A stretch of 47,730 bases of DNA, filler included, from Sphacelaria rigidula (lineage: Eukaryota), in the NCBI GenBank assembly GCA_964200075.2. It is 2 parts of 2 records of this genome, joined end to end, with 100 filler letters (N's around TTAATTAATTAA, not from the genome) between each part and the next. Parts side by side here need not be neighbours in the genome. Positions count along the whole stretch, not along the records: positions 23,921 to 47,730 come from CAXNAA020000246.1; 1 more part is not named here. One strand, 5' to 3'. Position 1 is the stretch's first letter. Every line of letters starts with the position of its first letter. Shown here piece after piece: positions 36,501 to 47,205 of the stretch. The notes under the pieces were generated by a model that was not told the origin of the DNA, did no database searches, and worked only from the letters and a program-made list of their open reading frames with translations. The translations under genes were made by a program, and so were the position numbers.

Positions 36501-36850
36501 CTCATTATTCGTCAACATGAGCACAGTAGCAGACCGTCAGGAGGGTACCCGCGGGTCGTTTGTCCATTCCCTTAGTCGACGCATTTTTTTGTTCGATCGA
36601 GTAGCTGTGATTTCCCTCAACACACGTCGATTCCTTGACCCTCGCGGCACCTCCTTCCGCATCCCCTGTGCGAACGACGTCTCTTGCTGTTCTTCGATTG
36701 CCTCGTCATCAGCTGGGATTCACGGCCACCTACATCATCGGAACTCTATCGTTGCCGACCTTTATATTCCTCTTTTACGCGTCGCTCAAGAAGGGAAAGG
36801 CCGAGGTGGAGGAGGATGACGCCAAGTACGGCGGCGGCGGTCCCTGGTAA
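30536..36850 (+). CDS. Plastid-targeted small membrane protein with two transmembrane helices, 3 exons, 198 aa
   Basis: Exons 30536-30675 (MSPYITLGAHLFVFFTGLVLSCHA-FVVSPRW..., signal peptide plus ASAFAP-like site; donor AG|GTGCGT), 32812-33130 (...INLPSYLLLCLATVAAIACIGSIFEVIGKHPQ; donor GTACTG), 36713-36850 (LGFTATYIIGTLSLPTFIFLFYASLKKGKAEVEEDDAKYGGGGPW*). Phases 2 and 0 join in frame; total 597 nt. Confidence 0.88.
32102..32376. mobile_element. Fold-back MITE-like element with ~120-bp near-perfect inverted arms
   Basis: Left arm GCCCATTATACGGCCAATACTTGGAGTTGGACCCTAAAATTTGGTATGGACAATGAAATAGGGCATAATAAAAAAAACTACCAGTGCACAC pairs with the right arm ending ...ATTGGCCGTATAATGGGC. TSD not resolved. 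Confidence 0.85.
34660..35270. mobile_element. Non-autonomous Tc1/mariner-type (Stowaway-like) element, 611 bp
   Basis: TA on both flanks (34658-34659, 35271-35272). Imperfect TIRs CACTTCCTCTGTCCCACAAATAAGTCTGGGAACTTATG versus reverse complement TACTTTCTCTGAGCCATAAGTCTGGGAACCTATG. Non-coding interior. Confidence 0.7.
35380..35738 (-). mobile_element. tRNA-derived SINE, full-length copy (intron 2 of the plastid membrane protein gene)
   Basis: Head CCGGTCGCCCCGGTGGCTCAGTTAGTTACC...GGGTTCAGTTCTCGG; aligns end to end with 4301-4642; CA-repeat tail. Confidence 0.85.
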
Positions 36851-38069
36851 ATGCTGGAGAGTAGACTGTGATGACGTTGCGTTTTGTTGCGACTGTTGAC
36901 GATGATTGGTGCTGCTTTTACGGCCTTGAAGGAGGAGACACTGACTGCTATTCGGCGGCTTAAGGTTGCCTTTTTCCTGTGAATCCAGCCTCGGGGTGTT
37001 GGCGCGTTCTACATTGATACCACAGCCGTCCACGTTTCACTTGTGCCGAGTAGATGTCTCTCTCCTACGTAGAAAAATCCATTGATATCATTAAATCAGG
37101 GTGTTTACATCGTCGAAGGAGGGATATATACCTGGCGCAGTATATTTCAGACCGAAGTCGACAAATATTTCGCAGGATGTGATTTTCTCTCTAGACTAGT
37201 GGCGGACTCATGCAGTTGGGTGTTATGTATATTTACCGGGGTAGAGGTGTGTGTTACAGGTGCTGCGTAGAGAAGTGGTGTCACTTCAGCGTCGATTGCG
37301 GTGAAGTTATGAATCTGCCCATCCTTGGTCAATGGGTTGGTGCTCATGATCAATGTGCATGTAGCAAGAGAAAGAGAGAGAAGCAGGAATTCTATTTTAC
37401 GGTCACAAGTTGAAGAGATATCAACTCAAAACCTGTTCGTTCGGGAGTGTTTGTCCGATTGTAACGATTTTCATTTCTGTATTGATGCATAGAAATGGTG
37501 ATGTCTACGTTGCCTCTCAGGTCTGGCACAAAGATTATTTTGACCGCAACCTGCACGTTGCCCTATGCGCCTCGACCCATAGCGTTTCACCCGGTCAACC
37601 TTGAGTATTTGCATTTACTCAACAGCTATTTGTACACCGGGTGCATCTGACCGCCGGTAAAGGTGACACGAGGTTAATAAGATCGGCAACACACTGCACA
37701 CATGATCGAGGGAAGCTTCAACAGCAGTGGATACTTTTTCTTCACAAGATATCAGAATTTCAAAATAAACCTTTGATCGCTCTCACGGAAGTAGATCTAG
37801 TGACGAGAGTCTGGTGCTATGCACGTTCGCTAAGGTATATGCAACGGTAGCGCAACGTACCTCAATGTACCCGCATATACCGATACGCTTGGAGCGGTTT
37901 TCCACCAGCATCCTACACCGAATCAACCACACGCAGCCCAAGGGATACAAAACAGGGAGCAGACGGTCGCAGAACGAGAACGTAGCTGTCCAGTACAGGG
38001 TCTTCTACTTCATTTGGACAGTGTACAGAAGCACGCCAATCTTCGTTCCTTCCACGAAATGAAGCGCTC

Positions 38070-41000
38070 TCAAACAGCCGGGTTTCTCCGGATGTAGGGG
38101 AGATTGCTAACGGTATTTTTTCCTCCCCTTCGCAAGCCGCCATCGTCCTGATGCGTTCTGACAAGAATATCATTCACTGGCCCCTCGTTATTCTCCGAAT
38201 CAAAGCTCCTCCCACTCCCCGCCTCCTCCGCGGTAACTGCCCCGCACGAGCGTCCGTTACCAACACCAACACCATACTTGGCCGCAATATTTTCTCGGGC
38301 TCTCTCAGCAACGCTGGCCAAAGACCGCGTCGAGTGAACCGAACGCACCGATCTCCCTCCTTCGGAAATGGCTGTGCGCGCAACGCTGATGTTGTCGTCC
38401 TCTCGCCGATTGTTGTTGCCGTCGTTTTGACAACTTGCACCGGCGTCGTCGTTATTGCTGTCTATTGCGGCTATTTCGCGAAGGGCTTTGTCCGTGAGCC
38501 TCATAATTTTTGCCTTGAGCAGATGCGGGGGGAAGGGAAGGGGGGGCGGGGGGGGGTACGAGTCGGATTAGAATGACGTCAGCGAGTGCCGAGCCAGACG
38601 AAAGGGGGTACTGCACCATTCACCTCTCGGTTCGAAGTTTTCGCTACGGTTTTGCTCACGTCCTGTTTGTACAGTGTTGCGCCACAAGAAAAAAATACAA
38701 TTTTCTCAGAACAGAAATTGGCCACTCTTTCCTGCAGTGCGCACTCCTGCAGGGCGCAGTACCAGATATAGCGACGTGGAACTGTTGACTGTGGTTCGCA
38801 CAACATATGCGCAAAGTTTCAGCGCCTCGCGACGGCTACATCGTGCGTAGGGCCGTGACGTGGTGAACTGCGCAGCTCTACAGACTGTATGCCGATCGAT
38901 ACACTACAGATGGTCATGATCCAGGGAAGGTCGCAGTACAGACCGGCGTCAGTTTTCTGTCACATCGGCCGCCCAGCCGCGCTAAATGTCCAACTTTGTG
39001 CATCTGTGTGTGCACATATGCATTCACCTATGGTGCGCAAAGTCTGGGCAGCTGCATGGCCGATTTGAGAGCGCGCGGACGGCATTCCCCACAATCGGTT
39101 GGGCCCAATCGCGCGGATGCTTTGGGCATATGCTGCCTGTGTTGTGCCCAACTAGTGTGCAAAGTTTCATGATGGAACAAGCAGTCGCAGGCGAGAAATC
39201 CACAATCCAAGTTGCACTGAAAAATGGTGGTTTACCGTCGGAAAGTACTGAAATGAACATGAGACGCGGTTACGCTCTGATTACGCCGCATATCATATGC
39301 GGTCATGTCGTTTTACTGTACGGGTATACTGTCTGTAGACCGTACATTGAATCAGCGTATCATACTACACTTTATATAGTGGTCATGACGGAGTTTTCAA
39401 ATTTCATACCCTGGACAAAAGAATACACAGTCAAAAAGTGTACTGCGTACAGTATCGACTATTGCACCTGTTGCAATAGACAATATATTCCATACTGTAC
39501 ACAGTACATTTTTCTACAATGGAACCTATTTTGTCCAGGGTGTGTCAAATTTCAAACCCATCAGCTGCGCCGCCAGGTATGCATGCAAACGATTGTGCCG
39601 TTCTCCAGTGCGCCGAAAGAAAATTAGATGCTTCTTTTTCAAGCGGATTGTACACTTCATATACTACACCCTGGGCGCGGTGGTGCGCTGGAACACCAAG
39701 CGTGGTCACCACCTATCGTCATACAATGGGGCCCGCAAGGCACCTGCACCGAGCAACACCATGCACACCACCGAACGCGGGATATCGTCACGTTCTCGGC
39801 CTGCAACTTGTGCCGACGATCCAGCCTTTAACATATATTTTCAGATATGCCGTGTGTTGGGCTATAGGTCGTTCCTCTGGGGCACCTTGCTCGTATGAAC
39901 TACACCTACTTTGCGGATGATCCAAGCTGGTAATTTATACAATGATTCTTGTATGCGACAATCGGCGTATGGTTGATTTTTTTTTTCTTTTGGCGCAACA
40001 CAGTGTAGTGTTCGTGTAGAGGATAGTTCTACGCGTGATTCTCGGGAAAACATTTTGATATTTGCTCGTATTTGTAATAGGGTAGTACGCTCTCCGAGAA
40101 CGCACGGAGTGCGAGCAGCACATAGTTCATGCCTGGGCCCTCCGCTTTTGAGGATGCACACCCTGCAAGTTCGCGAACAGGGTAACGGTGGCGAGAGATC
40201 GCGTAGGATATTCAGGGATACACAATTCTTTGAAACTAGTATTTCAAGACCTTCAGGAACGTGCTTCGGCGATGTCGTTCCTCTTCGTGTCTTGTCAGCA
40301 CGGGTATTTGAACAATTGGCCCCATCTCAAGACGCTTTCGATGTCATCAAGAGTCTGCTACTCACGTCCAGACAAGGGAGTGCACGTCTATATCTCGTGT
40401 GTACAGTTACCCTCCATTCTGTCTGTAATCCTTTGTTTTTGTTTGTTTTCGACTTTTGTGTCTCTGTTTACTCCTTTTGTTTGTTCCATATTTTTTCTTT
40501 TAGCTAGCATTTTTTTCTTGGTTCACTTTGGGTTCGTCCATCCTGTGACCACGGCTAGGTCCCTCGAGGATCAGGTAATGTGCGACAATCAATCAGGCAA
40601 CTCAATTGGTCAATCCCAAATCTACGTTGTCAATCGATGCGCTGTCTCGGTCTTGTGCAAACACCCATGCGTCGTGAAACACTCCGTCCTGCCTCAGGGC
40701 TATATTAAGCTGGCACCGTAAATATATTGTGTGGTGCTGTCCGCTAGAGGTAACTTGATTTGTGATTGAAGATCACATTACTATCGACGGATTTCACCGT
40801 ACCACGCGTGGGACAGATTGTCGACCGTGGCTGGGATATGCGCGCACTATCAAATCACGCGAAGAACGATGCCTTCGTTGTCAGATCCTGCTGAGCGCTA
40901 CATGTCCAGAATTTTGAAATTCGCTCGATAGTGCACGCTTTTTTCGTGCAGTAAAACAGATGTTCAAAGAGGGAAACCATGACTACAATATGTACGCCTA

Positions 41001-43376
41001 CAAAGTTCGTGGATTAATCTGTGGCATGTTCTCACGGATAGGACGACTCAGACTTTATACGAGTTGACTCCCCATGAAATGAGAGGATTCAACCATATGC
41101 CGATTGTTGGTCCCGCAAACCCGAGGGTGGATAACACATATGCAGTGCAGGCATCTTGCGCGCATTACAGATGGGATGGAAGTACGCGTGATTCAGGGCC
41201 CATGAAATGAGAGGATTCAACCATGTGCTGACTCTCCGTCCCACATTAACCTGAAGGTGGGAAACATATACGTGCGCTCACCTCGAACGAATCACACATG
41301 ACAAGTTGTACATGCCATTCACGCTTCATGATGGTAAGACGTGGGTGGCATGTACAATCGATTCATTCAAATTGCAGTACAGGGGATGAATATGTGCCCA
41401 TGATATACCCTGTATGAACGGAAGGCAGGAAACAGGTACGTTTGTCCTGCACGAGTCACGAGGTCAAAACCTGTATAATTACACATGCTGTACGAATCGA
41501 ATGATTTATTCGTTGGCATGATGATTATGAGTTGAATCACGATTTTATTCGTCCTAACCGTGCATGTTTTACCTCTAACCGTGCCTCCGCCTCCTCTAGC
41601 GGTCTTCCACTGCGCTCGCCATCCCCTTCATCTTCGTTGCAATCATCTTCGAGAGCACCTTCATCAACTTCTGGTTGTCCCTCGATCTCTTGAATCCTTT
41701 TCTTAACCTGGTCGATCATCGTTTGGACTTCCACGTCCCGTATGTATTTGCTGAAATCCAGTCCCTGCGTGAACTCAAGTAGTTCCTGTTGTATCGGATG
41801 GGTTTTGGAAACACTGCAGTCATTCACCGCAGCCGAAGGTATCTCCTTGTGTTGTAGGGAGTGTACAAGGCCTTCGAGCCACCCGATGGACCACAGGCCA
41901 TCTAACTCTAGTCCACTACCACCCAACGATCAATCTCATTCATATGGTGGAATATATATGTCAACAACAACAACAACAACAACAAAATAGGATGGAATAC
42001 ATATGGAATGAGAATAGTGGTGGGCTGACTTTTCAGAGACCTGAGTTCTAATGCTGGCGACAATAGCCAACGGAAACACACACCGTACGGTGTACCTCGT
42101 CTCGAACAGGAGGGCAGGCGGTGGTTCACGATGGGTACAACTCATGTTCGAAAAATTTGCACCCCAAGCTATGTGCATTGGGGAATCAAAGGTCACATGA
42201 CTCAACAATGGTGAGGGTCTGCTACACAAGGGGAAATAAATGCACGATGCGGTCCAGTTCATTGAGGACGATTCGCGTAAATAACAAGACGTGTGGACCA
42301 GGCAATACTGAGCCGATCGAAGGTACGTCTCACCCGCACGATGGTGGATAAAAAGTCATTTGTTGACTCAAGTGAACGATCAGAAAAGGTCACACGGCAA
42401 CACGCGACCCTCCACGATTCAAACCTCCCCCCAACGATTCATTACGCGACTCTTCGCTCACCTCCAGCTCCTCCTCGTGCTTGCGTTCGGCTTCCTCATC
42501 CGCTTTGGTCTCCGTCATCGCCCACATCGGCCTACAGGGTTTTCCGTCTCTCTTTCTCCGCTTTTCTACTGCTCTCAACTCCACTGAGACCGGTCGGCTC
42601 TCCAGCCTGTTGTCCTCATCGCTCCCTTGTTTATTCTCCTGCCCGCCCGGTTGTCGAAAATGTCCACTACACCGCACTTCCTCACTCTCTCCTGCCGCTG
42701 CAGTCCTTTTGCCGCTATCCTCGCCGTTATCATCGAGCCCAATTGCCCAAGCCTGCCCCCCTCTCTCCTCCTGATCACGTGGTAATGAGCTACCGCCATG
42801 AGGAGGGGCGGCGGTCGATACTCCCTCGCCGCCGCCGTCGCCAGTGCAGTGCTTGGAGTCGCCACTGCCACTGCCACCACCGCCGCTGTCGCTTCCAAGC
42901 GCAAGCTCTCGAGTCATCTGACGCATTCTCGCCTCCCTCTCAGCAAAGCGCCGTTTGTTCTCCTTCTTCTTTTGTAGATCCTCCATATACTTTTCCTCCA
43001 ACACTTGCTTGGTAAGCTGCAGATCGGCCAGCCAACGCCGGTGTCGCGTCAACGCCGTCTCCTGCTTCACGCGCTTCCGTAGCAGCTTTTCCGTCTGCAA
43101 GTTCTTGCCGGCAAACCCCACCTGCGACTTGACCTTCCCGGTAATAAACACGTGTTTCCCCGAGGCTGTGGATCCGTCCCCCCCTCCCCCCTTCGAGGCG
43201 GCCGCCGTGCCTGCGAACGGTCGGTTGCATAACATGACACCCTTGTAGTTGCCGATGCTCCCGGCCCCTGTGAGCGGCGCACTCCCCCCGCCATTAGCAG
43301 CGGACCCAGAAGATCCTCCGCCCAGGCTCCCAGATGGTCGCTCACTGAGCATCGTGCCTTGAGTTGGAGTTTCCAT
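38070..43376 (-). CDS. Uncharacterised coiled-coil protein, 3 exons, ~523 aa (possibly cilia/flagella associated)
   Basis: Exons 42462-43376 (METPTQG...NYKGVMLCNRP...ALTRHRRWLADLQ...RPMWAMTE...EEELE; donor GTGAGC), 41573-41785 (ELLEFTQGLDFSKYIRDVEVQTMIDQVKKRIQEIE...; donor GTAAAA), 38070-38513 (AAG acceptor; ...RSVHSTRSL...SNLPYIRRNPAV*). All junctions phase 0. Motif-like blocks are separated by Gly/Ser-rich linkers. Confidence 0.85.
39386..39563. repeat. Imperfect ~180-nt hairpin in an intron
   Basis: ACCCTGGACAAAA...AAAAGTGTACTGCGTACAGTAT pairs with ATACTGTACACAGTACATTTTT...TTTTGTCCAGGGT. Confidence 0.7.
41071..41270. repeat. Diverged tandem duplication (~128-bp period)
   Basis: CCCATGAAATGAGAGGATTCAACCAT is identical in both copies and is followed by a diverged ~45 nt. 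Confidence 0.8.
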
Positions 43377-43653
43377 ATTTTGAATCAGCGGGAGGCCCAG
43401 TCCTTCGTGTGCTTTTGAGCAGGGCCGCACCACGCGCAGCCCGGTGCATGTAGACGGCGGTCGGGGCGTCGAGGCGAGGTTTGGACGCGGCGTGATTTTT
43501 CATGTGAAACCGTCAAATAATGGGTTATGACTCAATAGTGTACGCTGAAAAGGATTCCGAATATCCCTGACCAAGCTCTGTAGTGTCGAAGAGGATAGCT
43601 CGAGCTCTTGCTACAGGAATGGTCGTTTGTTTCGAGCCTTCTGATATCAAACC
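43377..43653. promoter_or_regulatory. Probable bidirectional promoter, coiled-coil gene and plastid-targeted gene
   Basis: 277 bp between opposed ATGs. Confidence 0.55.
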
Positions 43654-44320
43654 ATGAGGTTTGCAACTGCGAATGGCATATTTCTGGTGTTGCCACAAGC
43701 TGTAGGCTTTACGATCTATCCGCGGCTAGCTGTGGAGCCCCACCCCCCGGCAGCAGGAGCACCGCACTCCCCTCTCTCAGAAGCTGCGGCCACGAGATCA
43801 TGCAGTCACGACCTGCCGTTACGACAGCCGCACCACCGACAACAGAGGCGCGCGAGAGAATCTCCGCGATTAGGACCGCTGAAGGTCGCAACGACTGCGC
43901 AGACTACGGGCTTGTCGTGTGCAACGAGGAAGCAGCAGCGACGACAGCAGCCGCACTTGCCCAGCAACTCCCGTAGCGGCACCACCGTGAAACAGCGTGG
44001 CACAATGTCTTTAACAGCCACTTCAACGACAACAACCACAGGAGCAGCAGAGATAAGTGTTTCCTCCGCCTCCGGTGCTGGCGCGGAGGATACCGCAGTA
44101 GTAAACCCTTCTCAGGGGGAGGGCATTCTTGGTGGCGGCGGCTTGCGGTGTGCGATTGTTGGGGTGGGTGCGGACGCGGTAGGGCTAAGACTTGGGCAGC
44201 GTTTTGGGGGGGTAGTGATAACATCCATCGATAAGCTCATGAAGGGGCGGAAGGGGCGCAAGACGGAGAAGGTGAAGGCAAACGCTGTGTCGAAGTGGCT
44301 TACTGAGGAAGGCGGCGTGG
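43654..44320 (+). CDS. First exon of a probable plastid-targeted protein; gene continues downstream, probably beyond the window
   Basis: MRFATANGIFLVLPQAVG-FTIYPR (signal peptide plus Phe at +1), then a long S/T/R-rich transit-like region, then globular-looking LRCAIVGVGADAVGLRLGQRFGGVVITSIDKLM. Strong phase-1 donor G|GTAAGA at 44321. A candidate next exon, 44853-45000, is open in phase 1 and ends at GTGAGC. Confidence 0.72.
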
Positions 44321-45178
44321 GTAAGAACTCACGTTGTACACGATTATGTTGTTCAGCAATGCCGCGGCATTTTTTGTTCAATCAATTTTATTTATGCCGT
44401 TTCTCGACTGAGTGGACTGTCGAAACGAGGTTGTGTGGCAATCCTGCTCGCCATCTGCCTGTGGCCTATGCAGTGAAACTGAGACTGTGCCGCGTAATTT
44501 AGTATCACGTTTTATACCACCCCCAAGAGTAAGAGGGCGGGATTAGAAGACTCGATAAGCGCATGCAATCACTATCATACCGGCACCAACGTATGGAACA
44601 CCTCTATATGCACCCCATCTAGAAGCTCTGGCTCAGTTTTACCCATTACAACGCATATGATGACGATAATGTTTTCTCGAAGGCTGGCACAGCAAACAGT
44701 CAAATTATACGGCCGCGATGGTATTTCCATTCCGGCACCTAAAACGCAATCGCACACAACTTATACAGTACTACCCAAGGTTTGCGTTTATACTACATGA
44801 ATGATTGAAATGCCCTAGCAGCTTAAGCCCAGGGTCGAGATGGTTCTCGTAGCCTTGGACAATAATGCGATTATTGCTCCTCGCTGTTTGGCTTTCACCT
44901 GGACTTTCCTTGGTTTTGCGGCAAGATGGACACCCTGGCCATTTGTAGCAAGTAGGTTTGCCTCGGTAGATGCTGTGTGGATAGAGGCATTGTCACCTGT
45001 GTGAGCATAGAAGATGAGGTCAAAAACATCATTTACAGCAACATCGTACGCGAAGTAATTTCGCCGCACGGATACTCACCGTTTCACTCGCTCCTTACAT
45101 AGAGGTGGCATGAAAGGAGTGAAACGTGAAACTTACACACCCTGGACAGTACGGACGGCATGTTTTGCGATAGCAATA

Positions 45179-45545
45179 CAGGCTGGGCCGCCCAAGACGC
45201 GGACAGGGATGTGAACACGCGATTTAGCAGCTCGATTTTGGGTCGTTTTATATGAAATTTTGACACAGTGTTCAGGACATGTGCGAAGACGCCCCCATTC
45301 GCCCCGCACATTTTATTATTTTTTCTTTTGGAGTTATTCACAATTCTGTTCCGAAAAACTGGTCTGAAATGTTTGGTCGCCGACAACTCAAGGAGGAAAA
45401 ACAAAACCTGTAAGGGGCAAATGGGGACGTCTTTGCACATTCATTCTGTACATCTTGTCAAAATAATAGAAAACGACCTGAAAATAAGCTGCTAAATCAC
45501 GTGTTCGTGTCCAAGACCGGTTCCCATGTGGACAATTACCAGCCA
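45179..45545. mobile_element. Palindromic MITE (TA-CAGG start) with ~100-bp inverted arms
   Basis: Arms 45213-45310 and 45409-45506 are reverse complements (GAACACGYGATTTAGCAGCT...TGTGCRAAGACGYCCCCATTYGCCCC). The start TA|CAGGCTGGGCCGCCCAAGA resembles TA|CAGGATGGGCCGCTCAAGA at 6458. Right end approximate. Confidence 0.7.
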
Positions 45546-45566
45546 CGAAAAAATGAAACGCGGTTA

Positions 45567-46738
45567 GGCTACTACTTCTTATGTATCGAAAAAAGGAAAT
45601 TTTCTGATAACATTTTCCGATAGCCCAAAGTTATCAGAAAATCAGGATTTTCCGATAACCTCAGGCTATCGAAAAAAGTTATTGAAAAAGCGTTTGAACC
45701 TCATTTGAACACGTTTGAACACACAATACAGCCCACGACAGCACCTGTGACGGCTGGGCTGCCATCACTACTACTACTGCTTTCGTTGGTGCTCGCGGGC
45801 ATTCAGCGCATTGCATCATTGTCCTTCGCTCGCCAGTAGCGTGGTGGCCCTTTACCCCATGAGAACAGCAAATGGCAGCGTTGATGGCGACTGCTGTACA
45901 GACACGACAGTCTATGCTGTATGTCGTCCGAACAGTATTGTAGCTCAGTTCATGTCTGTGCACGCAGCGTGTTGTCAACAAAAGCCGTCGCAATGCTTTA
46001 CAGACTGCCCACGCACCCAAGCCTTGTAGAGATAGGACCGGACTGACAGTACACACGAGACTATGAGATTTGTAGTGTTACTACTGTTGTGGTAGACCCA
46101 ACGCATACAACACAACAGCAGTGTCTGTACTGTACAGTGCAGCGAACTTGCAGCTCAGTTGCGGTCTGTGCATGCAGCTTGTTGCGAACAGACGTCGCTT
46201 TGCAGTACAGACTGCCTACGCACCCAAGCCTTGTAGATACAGGACCGTACTGACAGTACACACGGGATTATGAACAGTGCTACTATCTGTTGCAGTAATA
46301 CAGCCGATGCATGCAATACAGCACTCTTGTTGTGTGTACCGTTGTCCGTGCTGTCGTTTCAGTCAAGTACTACCGTGCAGTGAAAAAACACAACCGTCAC
46401 TTCTACAGTCAGTTGGTACTGCAAGGCGGTGTTCTTATTGATGGTCTTGCGTCACGCAGCCCACCATGTATTTTGCTCAGGCAATGTATCACAGTAGTAC
46501 AGCCAGACAGTACGGACCGTACACCACGACAGGACAGCAGAGTACTGCGTCTTTCTCGCACGCCCCAGAATTTAAATTCATGCCTGCACACCTCGTAGAA
46601 AACGATGGACACTGCGTTTTCGATGTTGATGGTGCGTCGATCATGTAAGAAGGGCTAGTTTGAAAAATTCTGTTGGAAAACGTGTTGTCGAAAAAGGGCT
46701 TTTCTGACAACGTGTTTTTCGATACATGAGAAGTAGCC
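45567..46738. mobile_element. Non-autonomous PIF/Harbinger-type element, 1172 bp
   Basis: TTA on both flanks (45564-45566, 46739-46741). TIRs GGCTACTACTTCTTATGTATCGAAAAA versus reverse complement GGCTACTTCTCATGTATCGAAAAA. Subterminal palindromic TTTCYGAYAAC repeats at both ends. Confidence 0.7.
45985..46273. repeat. Direct repeat (~80 bp, two copies) inside the Harbinger-type element
   Basis: TACAGACTGCCYACGCACCCAAGCCTTGTAGA.A.AGGACCG.ACTGACAGTACACACGRGAYTATGA at ~45999 and ~46206. Confidence 0.8.
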
Positions 46739-47195
46739 TTATGCTGTTCAATTTCACGTATTTTTTCACGAAATCCCGACACGATGCGCATGAGGTATGT
46801 TGTGAAGTCCCTATTGTCCCCCCTTGACATTGGTTTATATTTCAATGACTTGTCGACGCTTGTGTACCAGGAAAAGTTGTTCCGAAATGTAGATCACCAA
46901 TAACATACGAGGGAAATGATTGAAAAAAAATGAAGGGCAAACGGTAGCGGCTCCACATATACGCCATGTATATCGTGTCAAAATTTCATGGAAAACAGCT
47001 TCAAATTGAGCAGTGAAATCGCGTTTTTCTATCGAGAACCGGTTCACTTGCTTCTAGAGTGCAACAACATCAGCCGGAACTTGACTTTTTCTACGAGCGC
47101 GACGCCTTGGCGCGCTCGAGGTCTCGTCTGCGTGCCATCTCAGACACTGCGCGCCTACAGTACGACATGCCTTGTTGTGCAACCCCAACTAGTGC

Positions 47196-47205
47196 NNNNN
47201 NNNNN
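47196..47205. other. Assembly gap (10 N)
   Basis: Run of 10 N with ACTAGTGC repeated on both sides, suggesting overlapping contig ends. Confidence 0.95.

Noticed and set aside
40420..40620. Possible LINE 3' end with a short CAAT tail
   Set aside because: T-rich tract and CAATCAATCA are suggestive, but there is no second copy or RT remnant in the window to support it.
38986..40721. Long plus-strand ORFs (213, 150 and 177 aa)
   Set aside because: Lie antisense in an intron, overlap hairpin and repeat sequence, and show no transposase, RT or other motifs.
41071..41270. CRISPR-like repeat-spacer pattern
   Set aside because: Only two copies, the intervening sequences are homologous to each other, the context is a eukaryotic intron and there are no cas genes.
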